A DNA stretch of 64,000 nucleotides, from NCBI GenBank assembly GCA_046052145.1, contig JBJOMW010000018.1, positions 974 to 64,973 of the forward strand, given 5' to 3'. Shown here piece after piece: positions 8,855-17,330 of this stretch. Source of the DNA: Pseudomonadota bacterium. Its GTDB lineage: Bacteria > Pseudomonadota > Alphaproteobacteria > Acetobacterales > Acetobacteraceae. A model generated the notes under the pieces. That model made no database searches and was not told where the DNA came from. It saw only the letters and a program-made list of their open reading frames with translations. The first letter of the stretch is position 1, and each line of letters starts with the position of its first letter. Position numbers and translations under genes: made by a program.

Positions 8855-10087
8855 ATGATCCCGACCTCTCCCGCCGACTTGCCGGTGATCGGCCCGAAGA
8901 CCGACAGCAGCCTGATCCTCGCCCATGGTCGCCGGCAGGCCGAGCGCCGGGGCTTCGACCAGACCTTCATCGTCGACGTGGACAGCCATATCGGCGAGAC
9001 CAACAACTGGCCGCAGGTCATGTCCTTCCTCGAGAATGACGCGACGCGCGAAGCGGCCTTCACCTTCGGCGGCGGCACCGGCCAGGGTGCCTTCCTGAAC
9101 GACGTCCCGGGCCTCCAGTGGCAATCGGTGCATGGCCGCATCCCGCACGGCTCCGGCCTGAAGGAGAGCGTCGCCGACAACGGCGTGCCGCGCGAAGTCC
9201 AACTTGCGCGCCGTGCCATGGACGCCTTGCACCTGGACTACCAGGTCTTCTTCCCGAACGGGCTCCTGTTCCTCGGCATGCACCCGGTCCGCGAGATGGA
9301 GGAGGAACTGGCCACCGCCTATAATCGCTGGATCGTCGAGCATTTGCTGCCGCACGAGCCCCGCATGAAGGCGATGCTCTACCTGCCCTTCAACTCACCC
9401 GAGGCGTCGGAGCGCATGGTCAAGCGCTTCCTCGGCACGCCGGGCGTGGTCGGCTTCCTCGTGACCAGCACGCGCTACCAGCCGGTCCACGCCAATGAAT
9501 ACATGCGCACCTACGCCATGCTGGAAGAGGCCGGCATGCCAATCGGCTTCCATGCGCATCATAACTGGCACAACGAGTACACGCGGCAGCTGAACCGCTT
9601 CATCTCGATGCACGCGCTGTCCTTCGTGCTGTCGAACATGGTGCATCTGACCAATTGGGTGATCAACGGCCTGCCGGAACGGTTCCCGCGGCTGAAGCCC
9701 ATCTGGATCGAGAGCGGCCTCGCTTGGGTGCCGTTCCTGATGCAGCGGCTGGACCACGAATACCTGATGCGCCGGTCGGAAGCGCCGCTGCTGAAGCGCT
9801 TGCCATCCGAATACATGCGGGAGATGTACTATACCTCCCAGCCGATGGAGGCGCAGAACCCGAAGCTGCTGGAAGGCACCTTCGAGGCGATCGGGGCCGA
9901 GACGCAGCTGCTCTATGCGTCCGACTGGCCGCATTGGGATTTCGACGTGCCGTCGGCGATCTGGGACCTGCCGTTTCTCAGCGACCAGGGGCGCCGGAAC
10001 ATCCTCGGCCTCAATGCTGCGCGGCTCTTCGGCCTCGAGGTGCCAGCGCGTTACCTCTCGGCCGCCAAGGAGGTCGCGGCGGAATAG
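8855..10087 (+). CDS. Amidohydrolase_2 (ACMSD/LigW-type metal-dependent hydrolase/decarboxylase) family protein
   Basis: 410 aa. DVDSH metal-ligand motif near the N-terminus and YASDWPHWDFD near the C-terminus. These are typical of the PF04909-type TIM-barrel family. Confidence 0.8.
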   Translation: MIPTSPADLPVIGPKTDSSLILAHGRRQAERRGFDQTFIVDVDSHIGETNNWPQVMSFLENDATREAAFTFGGGTGQGAFLNDVPGLQWQSVHGRIPHGSGLKESVADNGVPREVQLARRAMDALHLDYQVFFPNGLLFLGMHPVREMEEELATAYNRWIVEHLLPHEPRMKAMLYLPFNSPEASERMVKRFLGTPGVVGFLVTSTRYQPVHANEYMRTYAMLEEAGMPIGFHAHHNWHNEYTRQLNRFISMHALSFVLSNMVHLTNWVINGLPERFPRLKPIWIESGLAWVPFLMQRLDHEYLMRRSEAPLLKRLPSEYMREMYYTSQPMEAQNPKLLEGTFEAIGAETQLLYASDWPHWDFDVPSAIWDLPFLSDQGRRNILGLNAARLFGLEVPARYLSAAKEVAAE

Positions 10088-10146
10088 GACCCGCATCGGG
10101 CAAGGTGCGGCCCCACGACAACAAACGCACCAGGGGAGGGAGAGAC

Positions 10147-11148
10147 ATGCAGCGGACATCATTGCGCCGCAGGGCCCTGCTGACCGGTCTCGTCGGCGGA
10201 TCCACCCTTGCGCTTCCGGCCTTGGCGCAGACCGGCGCGGCTGCGTGGCCAGATCGGCCCATCCGCATGATCATTCCCTGGCCGCCGGGCGGCGGGAACG
10301 ACATCGTCGGCCGCATGGTGGCAGAGCGGCTCAGCATCGCCCTTGGCAAATCCGTCGTGCCGGAAAACCGCGGCGGCTCCAACGGCGTGATGGGCGCGGA
10401 GATGGTCGCGAAGTCCCGCCCTGACGGCTACACGCTGATGTTCCACTCGGTGACGTCGCATGTGGTCAATCCGGCCATCTTCCCGCGCCTGCCCTACGAC
10501 ACCGATCGCGACTTCATCCCTGTGGCGATCCCGGGCCAGACGCCGCTCGCCGTGCAGGTCAATCTGCGCCAGCCGATCCACACGATGGAGGAATTCGTCG
10601 CGTATGCGCGGGAGAATCCCGGCCGGCTCAGCTATGGCTCCTTCGGCAATGGCAGCGGCGCGCACCTCGCGGGAGAGATGCTGAAGCAGCGCTTCGGGCT
10701 CGACATGGTGCATGTGCCCTATCGCGGCGGCGCGCCGGCGCTGGCCGACACGATTTCAGGCGTGCTGCCGGTCAATATCGGCGGGGTGAACACCACCAAT
10801 GCTGCGATCCGCGCAGGACTGATCCGCACCCTGGCGGTGACCTCCGCGCAGCGTTCAGGCTTCCTGCCCGATACGCCGACGGTGGAGGAAGCACTGCGCG
10901 TCAACGACTTCGACGTTGCTGTTGTCTCCGGCCTCTGGGCGCCGGCCGGCACGCCGGAGCCGATCGTCGAGCGCCTGGCCGATGAGGTGGCCGCGATGAT
11001 GCGCGATCCTGCGATGCAGCCGCGCTTCATGGAAGCAGGGGTGGAGCCGCTGCCGCCGATGACGCCAAGCGCACGGGCGGCCTTTGTCGCCTCTCAGGGC
11101 GAGATTCTTCGGCGCGTGGTGCGCGACGCCCGAATCACGATGGACTAA
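10147..11148 (+). CDS. Bug/TctC-family substrate-binding protein
   Basis: Track ORF 9655..11148 is over-extended. The real start is MQRTSLRRRALLTGL at 10147 (signal peptide), followed by WPDRPIRMIIPWPPGGGNDIVGR, PDGYTLMFHS and HVPYRGGAPA. Confidence 0.9.
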   Translation: MQRTSLRRRALLTGLVGGSTLALPALAQTGAAAWPDRPIRMIIPWPPGGGNDIVGRMVAERLSIALGKSVVPENRGGSNGVMGAEMVAKSRPDGYTLMFHSVTSHVVNPAIFPRLPYDTDRDFIPVAIPGQTPLAVQVNLRQPIHTMEEFVAYARENPGRLSYGSFGNGSGAHLAGEMLKQRFGLDMVHVPYRGGAPALADTISGVLPVNIGGVNTTNAAIRAGLIRTLAVTSAQRSGFLPDTPTVEEALRVNDFDVAVVSGLWAPAGTPEPIVERLADEVAAMMRDPAMQPRFMEAGVEPLPPMTPSARAAFVASQGEILRRVVRDARITMD

Positions 11149-11172
11149 GGGCGGCGCGCGCCTCGGTGCCGC

Positions 11173-12063
11173 TCATACCGTGGCCGCACGCGCCTGCAGG
11201 AAACGCAGCAGCGCGGCGGCCGGGGGCTTCGGCACCAGCATGGGATCATGGCAGGCCGCGAGCTCGAACTCGGCCCAGTCATCCGTCAGCCGCACCGATG
11301 CAAGGCCGCTGACCGGCCGCCGCTCGAGCGCCGGCGACGGCAGCAATCCGAAGCCGACGCCGGCGCGCACGAGTTCGACCACCGAATCGAAGCTGCGCAC
11401 TGCCGTGGCGAGCCCCGGCATGGCCGTCAGTGCGGGGGCCATCCCATCGGGCACCATCAGCGCGCTGCCGGGGATGCGTCCGACCTGAGGGAGCGCCGCC
11501 GCCTCCGCCCAGGCGATCTCACCCGCCCCGGCCAGGTGATGATCGGCGGGGACGACCAGCACCATCCGCGTGCGGCGCCAGGGCAGCACAGCCAGTTGCC
11601 GCCCGATGCGCGAGGCGGCGGCGATGCAAAGATCGGCACGGCCTGCCAGCACATCGGCGATCGCGTCCTGGCTGATGCGCTCGGCCAACTCGACGCGAAC
11701 GCCGGGGTGCGCCGCACGGAACACTACCAGATCCTCGGCCAGGCCCAGCAGCAGAGCGCTGGTATTGGCCACGATCCGCACGACACCGCGGCCTTCCGCA
11801 ACTGCGACCTCCCGCGCCATTGCGGCGACGCGCTCGGCGATATCCGCGGCGCAGCTCGCAACGACAGCGCCGGCCGGGGTCAGTTCCACCCCTTCGCGCC
11901 CACGCACCACCAGCCGCACCCTCAGCCGCGCCTCTAGCTCTGCGATGCGCTTGCTGACGGCGGAGGTGGTGAGGTGCAACAGCGTCGCGCTGCGCGAAAA
12001 GCTGCCGGTTTCGCCCACCGAACTCAGCACGCGCAGGCTGAACAGGTCGAGCCGGTCAGTCAC
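11173..12063 (-). CDS. LysR-family transcriptional regulator
   Basis: N-terminal HTH: LDLFSLRVLSSVGETGSFSRSATLLHLTTSAVSKRIAELE. The track start is 12105. The GTG at 12063 has GGGGGAGGA 9 nt upstream and gives a canonical LysR N-terminus (MTDRLDLFSL). Confidence 0.85.
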   Translation of the reverse strand: MTDRLDLFSLRVLSSVGETGSFSRSATLLHLTTSAVSKRIAELEARLRVRLVVRGREGVELTPAGAVVASCAADIAERVAAMAREVAVAEGRGVVRIVANTSALLLGLAEDLVVFRAAHPGVRVELAERISQDAIADVLAGRADLCIAAASRIGRQLAVLPWRRTRMVLVVPADHHLAGAGEIAWAEAAALPQVGRIPGSALMVPDGMAPALTAMPGLATAVRSFDSVVELVRAGVGFGLLPSPALERRPVSGLASVRLTDDWAEFELAACHDPMLVPKPPAAALLRFLQARAATV

Positions 12064-12250
12064 GTGAACCAGTCCTCCCCCCATGAGGGCCGCACTTGGC
12101 GACAAGGTTCAGCCTATGCTGCTGCCGCGAGAGCGCAACGGGGGCCTGACCTTGGACCTAGCCCGCTGCTCGCCCGCCTGGCGCGCGGCCGCTGCAATCG
12201 TCGGCATCATAACCCTCAACAGCGACCGCCGCGCCGCATCGCGCCTCGCC

Positions 12251-12997
12251 TCAGGCAGCGGTGAGGCCGCCATCGACGGCAAGGATCTGGCCCGTGACGC
12301 CCGCGGCCTCGGCCCCGCCAAGGTAGCGCACGGCGGCGGCGACATCCTCCGGCGTCGGGAAGCGGCGCTGGGGGATCCGCGCGAGCATCGCGGCGCGGCG
12401 GCCAGGATCGGCGAGCATCTGCTCGCGCGACGGGGTGAGGATGGTGGCGGGCGCGACGGCGTTCACGCGCGGTCCGCTCTCGGCCCACTCGATGGCCAGC
12501 ATGCGCGTCATCTGCACGATGCCGCCCTTCGAGATGCCATAGACGGACCGTCCCGCGAGGCCGGTCAGGCCATGGGTGGAGGCGATCATCACAACCGCGC
12601 CCCCGCGCCCGGCCGCGATGCAACGCCGGGCGTAACCCGTGCTGAGGAAGTAGGTGCCCTTAAGGTTCACATCCATCACGGCGTCCCATTCCTCCCAGCC
12701 GAACTCGACGGCAGGGCGGTTGAGCGTGAAGGCCGCGTTGTTCACCAGCAGATCCAGTGGGCCGAGCGCCTCCTCGGCGGCGCCAAGGGCGGCCTCGATC
12801 GAGCCGTGGTCGCGCAGGTCGAGTGCAAGCGCCAAGGCGCGTGCGCCGGCCGCTGCGATATCGGCACAGGTGCCCTCCAGCATGCCGGTGGAGAGATCGG
12901 TCACCGCGACGTCGTGGCCGTGCCGCGCGAGGTCGAGCGCGATGGCACGACCCAGCCCGTCGCTCGCGCCGGTAACAAGGGCGACGCGGCGGCTCAT
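12251..12997 (-). CDS. SDR-family oxidoreductase
   Basis: 248 aa. VALVTGASDGLGRAIA glycine-rich motif, plus NNAA and YGISKGG (YxxxK) motifs. Confidence 0.9.
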   Translation of the reverse strand: MSRRVALVTGASDGLGRAIALDLARHGHDVAVTDLSTGMLEGTCADIAAAGARALALALDLRDHGSIEAALGAAEEALGPLDLLVNNAAFTLNRPAVEFGWEEWDAVMDVNLKGTYFLSTGYARRCIAAGRGGAVVMIASTHGLTGLAGRSVYGISKGGIVQMTRMLAIEWAESGPRVNAVAPATILTPSREQMLADPGRRAAMLARIPQRRFPTPEDVAAAVRYLGGAEAAGVTGQILAVDGGLTAA

Positions 12998-15330
12998 CGG
13001 AAGCTGCTCCCTTCGATCGCGCGCCAGATGCGCTCCGGCGTCGCGGGCATGTCCACATGCGTCACGCCGAGCGGGCGCAGCGCATCCACCAGCGCGTTGA
13101 TCACGCAGGCCAGCGCGCCGACCGTCCCCGCCTCGCCTGCGCCCTTCGCACCAAGCGGATTATGCGCGGTCAGCACCTCGTTGCTCCGGCAGGCGATGAA
13201 GGGAAGATCAAGGGCACGCGGCATCGCGTAGTCCATGAAGGAGCCGGTGAGCAGCTGGCCGGATGCCGCATCGAAGCGGATCGCCTCGCCGATGATCTGG
13301 CCCACGCCCTGAGCGACGCCGCCCTGGATCTGGCCCTTCACGAGCTTCGGATTGATCACGCGGCCCACATCGTCCACGACGACATAGCGCGTGATGCGCC
13401 AGGCGCCCGTCTCGGGGTCCACCTCCACCTCGCAGGCGTGGCAGCCATTGGGGAAGGTGGCGGCATCCGGCGCGACAATCGCCTTCTCCGACAGGCCGAG
13501 CCCACCGATGCGCTGCGGAGGCAGCGTGTAGGCAAGGCGCGCAACGTCGCGCATGGACAGGCGCGCATCGGTGCCGGCCACGGCGAAACCCTCTGTGCCG
13601 AACTCGATATCCGCCTCGGCGCATTCCAGGCGCTGGGCAGCGATGCGCTTGCCGCGCGCGACGATCGCCTCAGCCGCGCGAGAGAGCGCGGCGCCAGCGG
13701 CAACGACCGAGCGCGAGCCGAATGTCCCGGTGCCGTGTTCGATCTGCTCCGTGTCGCCGAAGCGGATCCGGATCGCCTCCGGCGTCAGGGCCAGCATGTC
13801 GGCGGCGATCTGGGCGAAGGTGGTCACATGGCCCTGGCCCTGGGAATGGACACCGAGCGTCACCGTCGCCGCACCTGTCGCGTCGAAGGTGATGTCGGCG
13901 CTCTCGGTCAGGCAGCCGGTGATCGGACCGTTCGCGATCTCGATGGCATTGGCGATGCCGAAGCCAAGCAGCCGGCCTCGTGCCTTCGTTTCGGCGCGGC
14001 GGGCAGGCAGTGTCGCGACGGCGGCAACCTCCAGCGCGTCGTCCATGTTGCGCTCGAATTCGCCGGAATCGTAAGTGAACATGAAGCCCGTATTCCAGGG
14101 CATCTGGTCCGGCGCGATCAGGTTGCGGCGGCGAAGCTCTGCCGGGTCAAGGCCGAGCTGGCCCGCGGCAACGTCGAGCGCGCGCTCGATCGCATAGGTC
14201 GCCTCGGGCCGACCAGCGCCGCGATAGGGAGAGGTCGGCTGGGTGTGAGTGAAAACGCCGCGCACGCGCGCATGCACGCGCCGGCAGCGATAGACGCCGG
14301 AGAGCCCGCCGAGGTTGTTCACCGGCACATGCGTCCCGTTCCAGGACAGATAGGCGCCGAGATTCGAATCGCATTCGTACAGCAGCGCCTGGATGATCCC
14401 GTCCGCGTCGAGGCCGAGCGTGACGGTGGCCTGCATGTCGCGCGCATGGTGGTCGCCAAGGAAGGCCTCGCTCCGATCGGCAATCCACAGCACCTCCCGC
14501 CCGGTGCGCCGGGCGGCCAGCAAGGCCAGGCCGAATTCCGGGAAGGGCGATTCCTTCAGTCCGAAGGCGCCACCGACATCAGGCGAGATCACGCGCAGCC
14601 GATGACCAGGAATGCCGAGCACGCGGTCGGCGTATTCTTCCCGTATGTAATGGGGGTTCTGCAGCGGCGCGATGAGGGTGTAGCTCTCCTCCGCCGCATC
14701 CCAGCGCGCCAACGCCGCGCGGGTCTCCATCGGCGCGGCGGTCACGCGGCTGATCGGGTAGGTCAGCGTGACACGGTGCGGCGCGGCCTCGAGCGCCGCC
14801 AGCACCGCGGCACGGTCCCCGACATCCTGAGCGAAGCAGATATTGCCCGGCGCCTCCGCCCACACCGTGGGTGCATCGGGCTGCACGGCGTCGCGAAGGT
14901 CGGTGACAGAGGGCAGCAGCTCCCAATCGATCCCGATCGCCTCGGCCGCGTCCTTTGCCTGGGCCAGCGTGTCCGCGACGACGGCTGCCACCGCATCCCC
15001 CACAAAGCACGCGCGCGTCGAGAGCGAGCGATAGGGCGGCACGAAGTTCGGCGACCCGTCCGGCGCGGTCCGCCGGATCTTGGACGTGAAGCTGCCGAGC
15101 CGCGCAACCTCCGGATCGTCCGGGGTCAGCACCAGCCGCACACCGGGCATGCGCGAGGCAGCTGCGATATCGTAGCCGCGGATGCGCGCAGCCGCGTGGG
15201 GCGACCGCAGCACGACAAGGCGGCATGCATCCGCGGCCGCGAGGTCGGCCGTGTAGCGGCCGAGCCCGGTGAGCAGCCGGCGATCCTCCGTGCGAGGAAG
15301 CGACCGGCCGACGAAACGCCAGCTGCTCAA
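12994..15330 (-). CDS. Xanthine dehydrogenase family molybdopterin-binding large subunit (CoxL/aldehyde oxidase-like)
   Basis: 778 aa. N-terminus FVGRSLPRTEDRRLLTGLGRYTADL. Further family segments GGAFGLKE, YRGAGRPEA, GTFGSRS and GAKGAGEAG. Confidence 0.9.
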   Translation of the reverse strand: MSSWRFVGRSLPRTEDRRLLTGLGRYTADLAAADACRLVVLRSPHAAARIRGYDIAAASRMPGVRLVLTPDDPEVARLGSFTSKIRRTAPDGSPNFVPPYRSLSTRACFVGDAVAAVVADTLAQAKDAAEAIGIDWELLPSVTDLRDAVQPDAPTVWAEAPGNICFAQDVGDRAAVLAALEAAPHRVTLTYPISRVTAAPMETRAALARWDAAEESYTLIAPLQNPHYIREEYADRVLGIPGHRLRVISPDVGGAFGLKESPFPEFGLALLAARRTGREVLWIADRSEAFLGDHHARDMQATVTLGLDADGIIQALLYECDSNLGAYLSWNGTHVPVNNLGGLSGVYRCRRVHARVRGVFTHTQPTSPYRGAGRPEATYAIERALDVAAGQLGLDPAELRRRNLIAPDQMPWNTGFMFTYDSGEFERNMDDALEVAAVATLPARRAETKARGRLLGFGIANAIEIANGPITGCLTESADITFDATGAATVTLGVHSQGQGHVTTFAQIAADMLALTPEAIRIRFGDTEQIEHGTGTFGSRSVVAAGAALSRAAEAIVARGKRIAAQRLECAEADIEFGTEGFAVAGTDARLSMRDVARLAYTLPPQRIGGLGLSEKAIVAPDAATFPNGCHACEVEVDPETGAWRITRYVVVDDVGRVINPKLVKGQIQGGVAQGVGQIIGEAIRFDAASGQLLTGSFMDYAMPRALDLPFIACRSNEVLTAHNPLGAKGAGEAGTVGALACVINALVDALRPLGVTHVDMPATPERIWRAIEGSSFR

Positions 15331-15337
15331 CTTGGTC

Positions 15338-16318
15338 CTACTCCACCCGTCCGATGCGGTTCACCACGGCGTCCACGCGGCGGCCATCCGCCGCAAGGAA
15401 GTCGGCGAAGGCCTGTCCCTCGCGGTGGTCGAGAACCAGCCCGGCCCCCTCGAGCTGGCGCAGCATCTCAGGGTCGCGCGTGATGGCGGCGACCGACTGG
15501 CGCAGCCGCGCCTGAATGGCGGGCTCCGCCGCAGCCTGGGTGAAGAAGCCGACCCAGAGGTAGAACTCGACATTGGCAAAGCCGAGTTCCATCGCGGTCG
15601 GGACGTCGGGCAGCAATGCCACCCGGCGCGCGCCGGTGTTCACCAGGGCCCGCATCTGGCCCTGCCGGATATAGGGGGCGACCACCGCCGGCGTGCTCGC
15701 CGTGGCCGAGACATGCCCGCCGAGCACCGCCGCCAGGGCGGGGCCGCCGCCGGCGAAGGGGACATGGTTCAGCTGGAAGCTGCCGGCCTGGGCCAGCATC
15801 TCAAAGGGGATGTGCACGGCGCTGTAGGGGCCGGAGGAGCCATAGGGGATCTGCCCCGGGCGGCGCCGCGCATCCTCGACATAGTCCATCCATGTCCGCC
15901 AGGGCGCGTCCGCCTTGACCACGATGATCAGCGGATCGGCCGTGAGCAGCGCAACCGGGGCGAGCGCCTGCCGGTCGAAGCTCGGCTGCCGCCCGAACAG
16001 CGCATCCGCCGGCGGGATAGAGGACCAGGCGACATGGGCGATCAGCCCCGTATAGCCATCCGGGCGCGACTGCGCCGCGGCCTGCATACCGATCGCGCCT
16101 CCCGCCCCGCCGCGGTTCTGCAGCACCACCGACTGGTTCCAGTGCCGCTGCAACGCCGCGCCAAAGGGCCGCGCGATGAGGTCCGTCGCGCCGCCCGGCG
16201 GGAAGGGCACGATGATGTTCACCGCCCTGTTCGGAAAATCCGCCTGGCCGAAAGCAGGCGCCGCTGCGGCCGCGAGGGGCAGTGCGAGCGCCGCGCGCCG
16301 TGTGAAGGTCATGGACAT
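15338..16318 (-). CDS. Bug/TctC-family substrate-binding protein
   Basis: The real start is MSMTFTRRAALALPLAAAAAPAFGQ at 16318 (track ORF extended to 16438). Motifs: PNRAVNIIVPFPPGGATDLIARP, LQNRGGAGG, RPDGYT, HVPFAGGGPA. Confidence 0.9.
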   Translation of the reverse strand: MSMTFTRRAALALPLAAAAAPAFGQADFPNRAVNIIVPFPPGGATDLIARPFGAALQRHWNQSVVLQNRGGAGGAIGMQAAAQSRPDGYTGLIAHVAWSSIPPADALFGRQPSFDRQALAPVALLTADPLIIVVKADAPWRTWMDYVEDARRRPGQIPYGSSGPYSAVHIPFEMLAQAGSFQLNHVPFAGGGPALAAVLGGHVSATASTPAVVAPYIRQGQMRALVNTGARRVALLPDVPTAMELGFANVEFYLWVGFFTQAAAEPAIQARLRQSVAAITRDPEMLRQLEGAGLVLDHREGQAFADFLAADGRRVDAVVNRIGRVE

Positions 16319-16322
16319 GGTC

Positions 16323-16883
16323 TCACTCCGCCGCCTGGATGCCGTGCACTTGGCCGCTCGCGTCGCGGGAGATGCCCATCGCCGCCGCGCGCGCCAGCAC
16401 CCCTGGCTCCCACGCGACCTTGCCCGCATCCGGCCCACCGATGATCGTCAGCAGCGTCCCCCTGCCCTCGCCAACATGGCGAAAGCCGCGATAAACGCCG
16501 ACCGGGACATGGATGCAGTCGAAGGGCTGCAGCACGAGCGACTTCTCGCCCTCCGGCGTCTGCCAGTAGACCTCCCACGGGCCGATGAGGGGCATGAAGA
16601 CCTCCTCCGTCGTGTGGGAATGGAGAGAGGCGCCGTTGCCCTTCTCGGCCTGGATCATGCCGAGGTTGAAGCCGGTCGCCGGCAGCGGGATGTTCGGCTT
16701 CAGATCGGGCACATCGTCACGCTCGACGACGCCCATGCCGATCAGATTGATCTTGAAGCGCCGGCCGCCGGGCAGCTTCGAATCCACGAACGCCTCTTCG
16801 GAGCCGCGCAGCCTGTCGAAGCGGGCCACGAAGCGTTCCATCTCGGCGACAGACATGTTGTTCGGATCGGCTGTTGAAGCCAT
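16323..16883 (-). CDS. Cupin-domain protein
   Basis: Start MASTADPNN at 16883 with GAGGGAGGGG upstream (track ORF extended to 17225). Cupin motifs: GASLHSHTTEEVFMPL and FDCIHVPVGVYRGF. Confidence 0.75.
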   Translation of the reverse strand: MASTADPNNMSVAEMERFVARFDRLRGSEEAFVDSKLPGGRRFKINLIGMGVVERDDVPDLKPNIPLPATGFNLGMIQAEKGNGASLHSHTTEEVFMPLIGPWEVYWQTPEGEKSLVLQPFDCIHVPVGVYRGFRHVGEGRGTLLTIIGGPDAGKVAWEPGVLARAAAMGISRDASGQVHGIQAAE

Positions 16884-17048
16884 CGCGACTGCCCCTCCCT
16901 CAAGCGACCTTTTTGGCCTTGTTGGTCGATGAAGGGTGGGCGGCGCCGCGCAGGGTGTCAACGCGCACGGCGGCACGGACCACCCCAGCTCAACACGTAC
17001 CCTTTTTTTTCGTTCTGGCACGCGAGGCCGCAGTTGGGGTCGGCCAGT

Positions 17049-17084
17049 AAAAAAGCCGCTCTGCGTGTTCAGAACGGCTTTTCT
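17049..17084 (-). terminator. Rho-independent terminator (functional orientation minus; stem AAAAGCCG/CGGCTTTT)
   Basis: 17051-17058 AAAAGCCG pairs with 17075-17082 CGGCTTTT. On the minus strand the hairpin is followed by TTTTTTAC. Confidence 0.6.
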
Positions 17085-17113
17085 CGGTTTGGTGGAGAAG
17101 TATTGGGAACGTT

Positions 17114-17166
17114 GGATGCGGGGACAGGCAGCCACCGACAGTTGCGGATCGTATGCCGGGTCTGAG
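17114..17166. repeat. Intergenic repeat, class 1 (copy A)
   Basis: GGATGCGGGGACAGGCAGCCACCGACAGTTGCGGATCGTATGCCGGGTCTGAG. By my manual alignment, 47 of 53 positions are identical to 60276..60328. Confidence 0.85.
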
Positions 17167-17330
17167 ACCACCCCCGAGCACCGCAAGCCAAGGCCATTCG
17201 GCAATCCAGCTTCGATCGCAACCAAGCGGCCCGATGGCGTTCCCCAGGACTAGGTCGGCGGACCATTACCACATCCAGGGGCAAGATGGGGCTGCCGGCC
17301 GAACTGCGACCCGTCAGTTTTCTGTAGTCG

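Noticed and set aside
9655-10146. N-terminal extension of the TctC ORF 9655..11148, and similar extensions at 15338..16438, 21785.., 24465..25925, 35399..36430, 37298..38623, 54198..55118 and 54866..
   Set aside because: The extensions overlap the preceding genes or are Arg/Pro-rich. In each case an internal Met or Val with a good Shine-Dalgarno sequence gives a canonical signal peptide or family N-terminus.
13057-15483. 808-aa plus-strand ORF
   Set aside because: It is antisense to the CoxL-like gene, which has clear family motifs. The composition is Arg-rich and low-complexity.
17114-17190. Possible TPP (THI-box) riboswitch, because of GGGGAC...CTGAGACCACCC
   Set aside because: The spacing and the downstream ACCUGAUCUGGAUAAUGCC-type segment are absent. 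No thiamine-related gene follows. The same sequence recurs at 60276 in an unrelated context.
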